From the NCBI GenBank assembly GCA_963751345.1, contig CAVVUS010000030.1, positions 96,001-160,000 of the forward strand: 64,000 bases of DNA, written 5' to 3'. Under the pieces are notes generated by a model. That model did not search any database and was not told where the DNA came from. It saw nothing but the letters and a program-made list of their open reading frames with translations. The stretch is from an uncultured Chloroflexia bacterium. GTDB taxonomy: Bacteria > Chloroflexota > Anaerolineae > B4-G1 > SLSP01. Positions 41,142 through 51,078 of this stretch are shown here, one piece after another. Positions within the stretch are counted from its first letter, which is position 1. Each line of letters begins with the position of its first letter. Position numbers and translations under genes: made by a program.

Positions 41142-42024
41142 CCTGCAGGAAGCCGTATCGGCTATCCGCAAGCAGACGGACCTGGTACCGCGGGTAGGGC
41201 TGATCCTTGGATCGGGACTCAATCCTCTGGCTAACGCCGTCCGAGGCGCTACCGCCGTCCGAGGCGCTTCCCCCTCCCCGGCCCTCCCCCAAGAGGGGAG
41301 GGAGGACCCGGTGCGGATCGACTTCGACCGCATCCCTCACTTCCCCGTCTCCACCGTGCAGGGGCACCAGGGCAAGCTCATCCTCGGTGCCCTGGAGGGA
41401 CAGCCTGTGATCGTGATGCAAGGGCGCACGCACTACTACGAGGGCTACAGCATGGGCCAGATCGGACTCCCGGTGCGTGTGATGGCCCTATTGGGAGCCA
41501 AAACACTCATCGTCACCAATGCAGCCGGTGGGCTCAACATGGCCTATCGCCCCGGCGAGGTGATGATCATCCGGGACCACATCAACCTGCTCGGCATGGC
41601 GGGGCCAAACCCGCTGCGTGGGCCTAACCTCGACCATTTCGGACCACGCTTTCCCAACATGAACGACGCTTACGATCCGGAACTCCGCGAGGCAGCCAGA
41701 CAGATCGCCCTTGAGGCAAAGATCCCGATTCAGCAGGGCGTCTATATCTGTCTGGCAGGACCGAACTTCGAGACTCCCGCGGACGTACGCTTCCTTCGCG
41801 CTATTGGGGCCGACGCGGTCGGTATGTCCACGGTTCCCGAGGTGATCACGGCGCGCCACAGCGGCATGCGGGTGTTGGGACTCTCCGGCATCACCAACAC
41901 ACTCTCGGGTGAAGAGGGCGGCGCAGGGCCGGATCACGAGGAAGTCATCGAGGCCGGACAGACCTTGGTGCCGCGACTGGAGACGATTGTACGGGGCATC
42001 CTTCGAAAGCAGATTGCTGCCTGA
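41116..42024 (+). CDS. punA: Purine-nucleoside phosphorylase (trimeric PNP type) with a 20-aa repeat-derived insertion
   Basis: LILGSGL, IPHFPVSTVQGHQG, QGRTHYYEG, TNAAGG, DHIN, GPNFETPA, VGMSTVPE. Confidence 0.93.
   Translation: METFVTMDDLQEAVSAIRKQTDLVPRVGLILGSGLNPLANAVRGATAVRGASPSPALPQEGREDPVRIDFDRIPHFPVSTVQGHQGKLILGALEGQPVIVMQGRTHYYEGYSMGQIGLPVRVMALLGAKTLIVTNAAGGLNMAYRPGEVMIIRDHINLLGMAGPNPLRGPNLDHFGPRFPNMNDAYDPELREAARQIALEAKIPIQQGVYICLAGPNFETPADVRFLRAIGADAVGMSTVPEVITARHSGMRVLGLSGITNTLSGEEGGAGPDHEEVIEAGQTLVPRLETIVRGILRKQIAA
41235..41304. repeat. Two 18-bp hairpin units plus a CCCTCCCC/GGGGAGGG element inside PNP
   Basis: CGCCGTCCGAGGCGCT at 41235 and 41253; stem CCCTCCCC-CAAGA-GGGGAGGG at 41282-41302. 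Confidence 0.85.
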
Positions 42025-42027
42025 CCT

Positions 42028-42828
42028 ATGAACGTTATCCTCAACTGGCTCAGCCAACAGGTCATCTGGATCTCTGTGATCAGCCTGATTGGAGCGCTGG
42101 GCTATGTGATGGCAGCGTTGCTGTCGAAACGCAGGCGTGACACAGCGCAGTTCACGCTGGAGCGCGAGGTCTACCACCAGCGCATGGCGCGTGCGTGGCT
42201 CGTAGCGGCGCTATTCCTGACCCTGGCTGCGATGATCTTTACTATCAGTATCTATTGGGCCCCCTCCGGCGCCCTCTCCTCCTCTGGGGGAGGACCGGGG
42301 AACGGAACGGCCACACCCAGCAACGGGCTTTTCACCTTGACACCGGCACCCAATCAGTTCATCCCCAACGCCACACTGACGGCTTCCGGAGCGGTGACGG
42401 ATGTCGTGGTCACCGCCCCGGACCTTCTCGTCCCCTCACCCACGCCTCCTCCAGGAGCGGTCGGGGGCGGGAGCACGCCCATACCGCAAGAGCTCCTGCA
42501 ACCCGACTGCCCAAGCCCTGGGGCCCAACTCACCTTTCCCGTAGCAGGCGGCGGTTTGTCAGGCATCGTCGAAGTGTTGGGCACAGCCCAGGTCAACGCG
42601 TTCTCCTACTACCGGTTCGAGGTGATCTTCCCCGGTTCCGACACGCCCAATTTCATCGCTCAGATCGACCAACCGGTTGAGAACGGCTCGCTTGGGCAAT
42701 GGGACGTGTCGGACGCGTCCCGCTATCCGCCCGGCGGCCCCTATCGGTTCCGTCTTGTCGTCGTGGATATCTATGGGAATACGGCATCGTGTACCATCCC
42801 GGTAAACATTGGAACTGAAGAACGTTAG
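42028..42828 (+). CDS. Hypothetical membrane protein with Pro/Thr linker and C-terminal Ig-like beta domain
   Basis: Two TM helices, a PT-rich linker, then VEVLGTA..FSYYRFE..GSLGQWD..YRFRLVVVD. Confidence 0.7.
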   Translation: MNVILNWLSQQVIWISVISLIGALGYVMAALLSKRRRDTAQFTLEREVYHQRMARAWLVAALFLTLAAMIFTISIYWAPSGALSSSGGGPGNGTATPSNGLFTLTPAPNQFIPNATLTASGAVTDVVVTAPDLLVPSPTPPPGAVGGGSTPIPQELLQPDCPSPGAQLTFPVAGGGLSGIVEVLGTAQVNAFSYYRFEVIFPGSDTPNFIAQIDQPVENGSLGQWDVSDASRYPPGGPYRFRLVVVDIYGNTASCTIPVNIGTEER

Positions 42829-42898
42829 CACAAGGGTTGGCACGCGAGAGCGCGGAGACGGCCCGCCCTGAGCGCATCGCGGGGCCTCTAGCCGGTAA

Positions 42899-42940
42899 TA
42901 TGCAAACGTGCAAACGTGCTAACATGCCAACGTGCAAACG
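42899..42940. repeat. 8-bp tandem array (AACGTGCA)n
   Basis: Cores at 42906, 42914, 42922, 42930 and 42938. Confidence 0.8.
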
Positions 42941-42952
42941 CAGGAGGTAATC

Positions 42953-43519
42953 GTGCTTGTTCGAATCGCCCGTGATGATGATTGGGAGCCTTGTCTCGAC
43001 ATCGATCTCTCGTATGAGACTGACATGGCCTGGCAGATGGACGAACGTCAGGAGGGGGGAGAATGGCGCGTCTCGTTCCGTGAGATCCGATTACCCCGCA
43101 CCCTGCACATACAATCTGCCGTACTGGACAGCGCACAGACGCCCTCCGAGGCGCGTGAAGAGCGCTCGAACTTGCTCAAGACGTGGCAAAGTCGGGACCA
43201 ATTCTGGGTCGCCGTGGAGCACAGGCAGATCATCGGGTACATCGGGCTGGACATCGATCAGGCCCGGCATCAGGCTCGAATCAGCGATCTGGCAGTCGCC
43301 TCTGACGAACGTCGCCAGGGAATGGCAACGGCGATGCTGCAGCGTGCGACAGAATGGTGCAACCGCCAGCATATCGACCAACTCGTCCTCGTCTGTCCGC
43401 TCAAGGCCTACCCCGCCATCAATTTCGCGCTCAAACACCGGTTTGCCTTCTGCGGGTTCCAGGACGCTTACTGGCCCGGTCAGGAAGTGGCGCTTTTCTT
43501 CCGACAGAGAATCCGCTGA
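42953..43519 (+). CDS. GNAT N-acetyltransferase
   Basis: AGGAGG RBS then GTG; ISDLAVASDERRQGMATAML; FAFCG. Confidence 0.85.
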   Translation: MLVRIARDDDWEPCLDIDLSYETDMAWQMDERQEGGEWRVSFREIRLPRTLHIQSAVLDSAQTPSEAREERSNLLKTWQSRDQFWVAVEHRQIIGYIGLDIDQARHQARISDLAVASDERRQGMATAMLQRATEWCNRQHIDQLVLVCPLKAYPAINFALKHRFAFCGFQDAYWPGQEVALFFRQRIR

Positions 43520-43602
43520 CTTATTACGATAGCCTGATGGAGCGGAGCATCCGTTAGCAGCTTGACGAGGGTTTGTCAGGCTCGATTGGGGTAACAGCTT
43601 TT

Positions 43603-45631
43603 ATGGATTGGTTGCACTTCTTGAGCGGGGCCAGCGACGTCCTCACAGCCGGTGTCGGCGTGACGGCGTTAGCCCTTGTCCTCTATCTAACCGTCTACAA
43701 TCACAGGAGCAAGGTCGCCCAGACCTTTGTGGGCCTGTTGAGTTGTGTGATCGTCGTCTACCTGGTGGACCTGCTGTTGCGTAACATCACGGGTCCCGGG
43801 GAAGCGGAGAGCTTGCTCCGTCTCCAGTGGATCGGCATCGCCTTCACCCCGCCGCTGTACCTCGAATTCGTGCGTGCAATACGCAGCCGGCTTCTGAACC
43901 GTACCGTTCTGAGGGGTAGCTTTCCCGATTGGCTGCGAGCCGTGAGCCTGGGGTTGGGGGGCGTCATCACCGTCTTGGCCCTCTATACCGACACTGTCGT
44001 CCGGTCCCCCTCTGCCGTTCCTTCTCCCCTCGTGGGAAGCCCGGGGACGAGGACTACCGCTGCATCTGCAGCCGGGCCCGTTATTCTACCCTTTCGCGCT
44101 CTTCTTTGCGGTCGTCGCGCTCTGGGGTTTGCGCGAGACCCTGATTGCCCGTGAGCGCTGCTATACCCGCGCTGCCCGGCGGCGTATGGGCTATCTGGCC
44201 ATCGGCTTTGCGGCACCGGCGATGGGAGTCTTTCCTTACCTGCTCCTCTCGGGGTGGCCCGCTGGATTGGGCGAGCGGCTCCTGGGCGGCGGCATCCTTC
44301 AGGGATTCCTCATCACGGGCAACCTCGCGGTGGGTGTAATGCTCGCAATGGTCGCTTACAGTGTAGCATTCTTCGGCACGTTGATGCCGGATCGGGTCAT
44401 TAAGCATCGTATGGTGCGGTTCCTCTTGCGCGGTCCCGTGACAGCCATCCTGGCACTCATCGCGTTCGGCCTCGGCCTTACGCTCGAACCCGCGCTTGGC
44501 CTCGGTCAGTACACCCTGTCCCTCATCTTTCTCGCCGTTGCCATCATCGTTGCACAACTCGGCGTCGAGTTGTTAAAACCCTTGATTGACCTCTTGCTCT
44601 ATCGCGGGGGCGCACTGGAGGTAGCCCAGGTCCAGGAGCTCAGCCAACGCTTGCTCACTACTGCCGACGTCAACCAATTCCTTGAGAACGTTCTCGCCGC
44701 CATCTGCGAACTTATGCGCAGCGACGGCGGCTTTTTGGCCATCCTCGAGGACGGCAAGCTGCGCTGGGAGATCTGGTGCGACCTCTCCATGTCTGAGGAC
44801 GAGATCGCCGGCGTCCCCCTCAGCGAGGTCACCCAATTGCGTGAGGAGGATGACTTCATCCGCTGGGATGGCCATTGGGTCCTGCCGCTCCGCGCCAAGC
44901 CTGCCCCGAGCAGCGTCGAAGCGATCGCCCTCGACGAAGCGGTGGAGCAGACGCAGGGCCGGGAAACCACGGCTTCCCCGGCTCCGCTTCTGGGCCTGGT
45001 CGGTCTCAGGACCCCTGACATCCAAACCCCGCTCTCGCCCGACCAGCAAAGTGTGCTCGACCAACTGCTGTTGCAGGCCTCCGCGGCGCTGGCCGACCGG
45101 CGTCTCCAACAGGTCGTCTTTGACGCCTTTACCCCTCTGTTGCCCGAGCTCAGGGACATCCAAATGCGCGGCGGTATGCTGCGCTACGAGGCCGAATCCG
45201 TCGTGGGATTCTCTCTCGTCCAATCGCCGGAGCTGCCTCAATGGGTACACGATGCCCTGGCGCACTACTGGGGAGGTCCCAGGCTCACCGAGAATCCGCT
45301 TCTAGAGCTTCACATCGTTCGACAGGCCGCTTCAGAGTACGAGGGCGACGTTGTTAAGGGGCTGCGCGCTGTCTTGGCCAATGCAATTGAGCGATTGCGT
45401 CCTGACGGCGAGCGGAAGTTGACAGCTCCCGAGTGGCTGTTATACAATATCCTAGAGATGAAGTTCCTGCGAGGGCAAAAAGTGCGGCACGTCGCAATGC
45501 GCTTGGCGGTCAGCGAATCGGACCTTTACCGCAAGCAGCGTGTTGCGATAGAAAACCTTGCCGGTATCCTGACGGAGATGGAAAAGGATGCGGTCCAGGA
45601 CACAGGCGCCGTCTCGAGGCGCAGATGTTAG
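43603..45631 (+). CDS. 7TM (HisKA_7TM-like) membrane protein with GAF-like region and C-terminal HTH (frameshift near 44040-44070)
   Basis: Multiple TM helices (LRLQWIGIAFTPPLY); C-terminal VRHVAMRLAVSESDLYRKQRVAI; no kinase H-box found. Confidence 0.75.
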
Positions 45632-45688
45632 ACCGTCTGAACATTCAAACGTTCAGAACGTTAACGTAGAAACGTTCAGACGTTCCAA
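45625..45688. repeat. 8-bp-period ACGTTC array
   Basis: Cores at 45625, 45633, 45641, 45649, then 45664, 45672 and 45680. Confidence 0.75.
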
Positions 45689-45699
45689 GGAGTGGCCGA

Positions 45700-46695
45700 A
45701 TGGACTCATACGTTCCTCCGTATTCCCCCCTCTGCGAGCCGTACTGGCAGGCATTGCTGGAGCAAGGCCCTGTCAGCGTGGGTACTGTCCCTGGGGTATG
45801 GGAGTGGATAGAGCTGCCCGCGGTGCCACTTGAGATTTGGGATGAGGCCCGTGAACTACAGCAGCACCATACGATCATGAACCTCACGGTCGACAGCTAC
45901 AATCGCGGCGGCCTCATCGCCCACTGGAAGGACATCGAGTGCTTCGTTCCGGCGTCTCACCTCGTTGCCTATCCCTTCCCAGCAGATCCAGACATTCGCG
46001 AGTCCTGCTTTGCCGGTTATCTTGGCAAGGAGCTACGTCTTTGCCTCATCGAGGTTGAGCCTACCCGTAACCGCATCCTCCTCTCCGAGCGCCAGGTCGC
46101 CGAGTGCGAGCTCGAAGAGCCCGAGTGGCCCGACTGGCTATGCATAGGCAGCACCTGCGAGGGAACCATTACCAGCGTTCGACCCTTCGGTGCCTTCGTC
46201 GACATCGGCCCCATCGAGGGCATGGTCCATATTTCCGAGATCTCCTGGGGCCGCGTTCGCCACCCCCAGGACTTCGTCCAGCCTGGCCAACGCGTGCGCG
46301 TCAGGATCCTCAACGTGAACCTGGAGCACCAGCGTGTCGGGCTCAGCCTCAAGCGACTCCGGCCCAATCCATGGGCCAGCGTTGAGGATTACCTGCAACC
46401 CGGCGACGTGGTCACCGGCAAGATCGCGAGTATCGAGCGCTTTGGCATTTTCGTCGAACTCATGGACGGCATCGAGGGGCTGCTCCACATCTCGGAACTG
46501 GATAACGCCACCTGTGCTGACGAAATCCATAGCGCTTACCAGGCTGGAGAGACCATTTGCGTCCGTATTCTGGATATGACACCCAGCGACCATCGCATCG
46601 CACTGGCGCTCGTTCCCAAGAGCGAGATCCCTCACCTATCTGCCGGCGCCCACCGCTCGGCAGACAACCGTCCCCAGGGGGAGCTTGATGCCTAA
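45700..46695 (+). CDS. S1 RNA-binding domain protein (second, three-domain RpsA paralogue)
   Basis: NRGGL..FVPASHL, PFGAFVDIGPIEGMVHISEISW, FGIFVELMDGIEGLLHISEL. Confidence 0.88.
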   Translation: MDSYVPPYSPLCEPYWQALLEQGPVSVGTVPGVWEWIELPAVPLEIWDEARELQQHHTIMNLTVDSYNRGGLIAHWKDIECFVPASHLVAYPFPADPDIRESCFAGYLGKELRLCLIEVEPTRNRILLSERQVAECELEEPEWPDWLCIGSTCEGTITSVRPFGAFVDIGPIEGMVHISEISWGRVRHPQDFVQPGQRVRVRILNVNLEHQRVGLSLKRLRPNPWASVEDYLQPGDVVTGKIASIERFGIFVELMDGIEGLLHISELDNATCADEIHSAYQAGETICVRILDMTPSDHRIALALVPKSEIPHLSAGAHRSADNRPQGELDA

Positions 46696-49328
46696 GCGCA
46701 CCTATGCGCGCAAGGGAATGGCCCATCCGCGTGCGTCATCCCAGGCGCGCACGCCGTCCCAGGCGCGTACGCCGTCGTCCTCGAGTAAGGCGAAGACCCC
46801 TTCTTCCTCCGGGGGAGGTAGTCGCCAGGCTGCTGGTGCGGGGAAGGGAAGTGGGAGTCTCGGTCGATGGCTGTTGGCCTGGCTCACGGGCCCGGCGGGC
46901 CAGCAAATCCTGTCTCTGGTCCTGATCGCCATTGGTATTTTGACACTGATCACCCTGATTCCGGGCGTCAACATTGTCCCAGGCGCGCACGCCGTCCCGG
47001 GCGCAGACGCCGTCCCAGGCGCGGACGCCGTCCCAGGCGCTGACGCCAGCCCCACACCAGGGTCGACCTCGGGCGCCCTTGTAGGTGCCTGGGTGCGCCT
47101 TCTCGTCTTCATCTTCGGCTGGGCCGCCTACCCGGTTGCGACACTTATCACACTCATAGGGCTCCTCTGGCTGCGTCACCTCGTCCACCAGGCTACGGCG
47201 TGGCGATGGCGTCCCTTCCTGGGCCTGGAACTTGTCCTGCTCGGGCTGCAGGCGCTCACCTATACCCTCATCAACCAGCACAGTTGGAGCCTCGTCGAGT
47301 CGGGAAAAGGTGGCGGCGTGATCGGCTGGGCGCTCTATCTCTTCTTCAGCGACTATCTGGGGCCGCTCATCACAGGACTCCTGATGGGCCTCGTCGTGAT
47401 CGTGGGCATCGCCCTGGCCTTCGACCTCACGCGCCGAGATCTGGCACTCTTCGGCAATCGCATATCAGAAGTGTGGTCGGCGTACCGGGCAGCCCGCGAA
47501 GCTCGACTCCGAGCACGGGAGCGTATGGCTTCGCAGATGCGGATACCCTCCCAGGCACAGTTCCGTCCCAGGCGCCGATGCCTTCGGAGGCACAGAGGAT
47601 TGGTAACGCAGGCAAAGGAAGCTACCTGACGACCCAATCATCTGGCCCCGCACTCACTCAACAACCCACCTTGAGCAAGTCCGCCCGAGGTGCAGAGGCG
47701 CAAAGCAGACGGCAGCCAAACCCCGCCGCTCCTTATCCCTCGTCCCGCATACCGCCTCTCCTGTACCCTTGACCATTCTCCAAGAGTCGCGCACTGCCGG
47801 CATGGATCCGCAGGAGATCGAGCGCAAGAGCCGCATCATCGAGGAGACCCTCGAACAGTTCGGGGTTCCAGCACGCGTCACCGAGGTGCGCCCGGGACCA
47901 ACGGTCACGCAGTTTGGGGTCTCTCCCGGCTACATCAGTCGCGGGTCCGCTTCCGGCGACAGCGAATCGCCGACGCCTTCCGCTTCTGGGGGGAAGAGCC
48001 CTCTCCCATGGGGGAGAGCCGGGGAAGGGCGACGGAAGGTACGTGTGAGCCAGATCGCCTCCCTGTCCGACGACCTCGCGTTGGCCTTGGCGGCCCGCTC
48101 CCTCCGCGTAGAAGCCCCGGTCCCGGGCCGAGCGGTCGTGGGCATCGAGGTACCTAATGCCGATACCAGCATCGTCCGGCTGCGGTCGGTGCTGGAAAGC
48201 GAGGCGTTTCGCAAGTGTGGACGGCCGCTCTGCTTTGCCGTGGGACTCGACGTCGCCGGCGGCCCCCAAGTCGCCGATCTCTCGCGAATGCCTCACCTGC
48301 TCGTCGCAGGCACCACCGGGAGCGGGAAGTCGATCTTCATCAAAGCCGTGGCTGCAAGCCTCGTCATGAATAACACGCCCGACGACTTACGGCTGATTGC
48401 GATCGATCCCAAGATCGTGGAGCTAAGTCATCTCAACGGCCTACCCCATCTGCTCGGGAGCACTGAGACCGACATAGAACGCGGACTGCGGGTACTGCGC
48501 TGGGTTGCTCACGAGATGGACGAACGTTACAAACTCTTCGCCAAGTCGGTAGCGCGGAATCTCGAGGATTACAACGCGCGGTTGGCGCGGCGCCGCACTT
48601 CCCAAACCTCCTCCAAGGGCGGCGCGAGTTTTCCCGCTGGAGGGGAGGACGACGGCAAGCCCTTGCCACGCATCGTTGTTCTCATCGATGAGCTCGCGGA
48701 TATGATGATGTCCGCGCCCGAGGAAACCGAGCGCACGCTGACGCGAATCGCGCAGATGGCGCGCGCCACCGGGATCCACCTCATCGTCGCGACGCAGCGT
48801 CCGAGCACCGACGTGGTCACAGGTCTGATCAAAGCCAATTTCCCCGCGCGCGTGAGCTTCGCCACGGCGAGTGGCGTCGACTCGCGGGTCATCATTGACA
48901 GCCCAGGGGCCGAGTCACTGCTTGGTTCGGGCGACATGCTCTTCCTGCCGCCGGATGCATCGGCTCCAATTCGCGTCCAGGGATGCTATATCTCAGACAA
49001 CGAGCTGGAGGCAATCATCCAATTCTGGCAGCAAGAGGCCGGAGCCACTCCCGCGAAGGCGCCCTGGGACATCCTTGCCGAGGCCCGGGGTCCTGACAAC
49101 TGGCGCATCGAGGGACTGGATGAGGATGCGGATCTGCTGGAACAGGCGATCGCTTACGCCAAAAACCGGGGCAAAGTGACCACGTCAGGGATCCAGAGGC
49201 GCCTGCGCATCAGCTACCCGCGGGCGGCCCGCCTGATGGAACAAATGGAGGCGATGGGGCTCGTGGGCCCTCAGGAAAGCGCCGGTCGAAAGCGTGCCGT
49301 CATCCTCGGCGGCGACGATGATAGCTGA
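46688..49328 (+). CDS. ftsK: DNA translocase FtsK/SpoIIIE (frameshifts near 47562 and 47720-47770)
   Basis: 4TM N-terminus (GGGVIG), GPTVTQF, PHLLVAGTTGSGKS, IDELADMMM, ATQRPS, gamma domain IQRRLRISYPRAARL. Confidence 0.93.
46733..46776. repeat. 18-bp unit array in ftsK, read as TPSQAR
   Basis: GCGTCATCCCAGGCGCGC / ACGCCGTCCCAGGCGCGT / ACGCCGTC. Confidence 0.85.
46971..47047. repeat. 18-bp unit array in ftsK, read as VPGADA
   Basis: Four units of ACGCCGTCCCAGGCGCNN-type sequence starting at 46971, 46989, 47007 and 47025. Confidence 0.92.
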
Positions 49329-49408
49329 AGCAGGCAGGCGCTGTAAGTCCTACAGCGATGCTGATTATCGCTCTCTCGCTAACTGCTGACCGGTAGAGGC
49401 TGCCTGAC

Positions 49409-50988
49409 TCACCCCGCCCGTGCTCGCCGCAAATGCACGGGAAAGCGGCTGCGAAGTCGGTTGCCGTCGCGCTTGGCCCAACCAAGGGGAAAGCCATCCA
49501 CCGTCACCAACACATAGCCGGGCCTGCCGGCGTCCGCCCAGAAACCCCCGTCGAGGAAGCGATCCACCCGTGGATCGTCCGGAGAGAGCCGCAGGGACGC
49601 CCGGACGTCCTCCGGCCCCAGGGCCATGGCCAGTGCGTGATCGGGCTGCACCTTGTTGTGTCGTAGCGACGCCACCCACCACCCCTGCCGTAGTATGGGG
49701 ACCTGTCCAAGGAGTGCCGGCTCCATCGGCGTGATATAGCATTGATCGTCTTTGGCAAGGACAAGCCCCGCTTCGGGAGGGTCGCCTCGCAACACCTCAC
49801 CTAACGTCCTTTCATAGAGTCGCAGGACGCGTCCCGGAATCTCCTGACCGGTCCACTGAGCAGGCAGATCATCAGGTGGCTCCCCTCGCCGCCGCATCAT
49901 CGCGTAGAAATGTCCGTGTCCGGGGCCGGTGTGGGGCCAATATCGTCCGGCCCGCCGCAGATCCGCAGCAGCCTCCCCGGTACCCTGGCGCTCGACAGTA
50001 CTCTGGCGCTCGAGCCACTCCGGATGTCCTGGGCCCATGCCGGGCAAACGTGGGAGATCGATCAACTCGAAGTCGGGTCGTTCCTCCAAGAAAGCGGCAA
50101 TGACTCCCTCGTTCTCCTCCGGAGAAAAAGTACAGGTCCCGTAGAGGATCCGCCCTCCCGCCCGTACCAGATCCGCGGCCTGGGCCAGAATGCGCTTCTG
50201 TCGGCCTGCATACGCCTGCACGGTTGCGACGCTCCACTCCTGAAGCGATCTGGGGTCCCTGGAAAAAGTCCCCTCGCCGGAGCACGGAGCGTCGACCAGC
50301 ATTGCGTCGAAGAGTCCCTTTCTTTCCATGGACACGTCACGAGCGAAGTCGAGGGAAGGGTCGACGAAAGAGGGCGCGCGACGCCGTCTGAGGCGCGGAC
50401 GCCGTCCGAGGCGCGGACGCCGCCCACACCTCCGCCAAGCGATCCGGATGCGCATTGGTGACAATAGCGTTGGTGACGCCCATGCGCTCCAAATTCATCG
50501 CGAGGATCGTCGCACGGCGCCGCGAAACCTCATTCGCCACCAGGACCCCCTCGCCGTTCATCCGGGCGGCGATATGCGAAGCCTTGCTTCCCGGTGCGGC
50601 AGCCAGATCGAGTACCCACTCCCCAGGCTGCGGGTCGAGAAGCATCGCAGCCGCCATCGCGCTGGGATCCTGAATATAGTACACGCCGGCGGTGTGATAG
50701 GGATGCTTGCCGACAGGGGTTTCATCCTCGGCCTCCTCGCCGGAAGCCCCATCCGCCCTGAGCACGAGCCCCTCGGGGCACCAGGGTACCGGCTCAGTCG
50801 CCCACGGCAGGGCCGCCCTAAGCGTCTCGAGCGCTACCCCGGCGGGGATTCAGCCTCAGCCCCACGTCACGTTTGACGAGAGCCGCGAAAAAGGCCTCAC
50901 TTTCGTCACCCAGCCACCCGCGCATGCGCGCGACGAACTCCGGCGGAAGGGCGAGAGCGTTAGAACGTTCGAACGTTTCCAAGTTCAC
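49409..50988 (-). CDS. RsmB/NOP2/RsmF-family rRNA m5C methyltransferase (frameshifts near 50835 and 50420; repeat insertion)
   Basis: LPPEFVARM, YYIQDPSAM, VLDLAAAPGSK, LVDAPCSGEG, YGTCTFSPEENE, RsmF-like C-terminus VDGFPLGWAK. Confidence 0.88.
50335..50425. repeat. Composite repeat insertion in the methyltransferase gene
   Basis: GAGCGAAGTCGAGGG at 50341 plus 18-bp units ACGCCGTC(T/C)GAGGCGCGG at 50381 and 50399 and a partial unit at 50417. Confidence 0.85.
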
Positions 50989-51075
50989 TCGTTACCACGT
51001 TGGAACGTTAACACGTCTCAACAGCTTGCCCTACCGCAGTTCGGTAGGGTTCCCACGTGGTAACTTTCGAACGCT
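50956..51075. repeat. ACGT octamer array with embedded REP-like hairpin CCCTACCG-CAGTT-CGGTAGGG
   Basis: Hairpin at 51029-51049 flanked by AACGTT-type 8-mers. Confidence 0.8.
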
Positions 51076-51078
51076 CCC

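Noticed and set aside
46971-47047. 18-bp arrays as a CRISPR array
   Set aside because: The units are contiguous with no unique spacers, lie inside coding sequence, and no cas genes are present.
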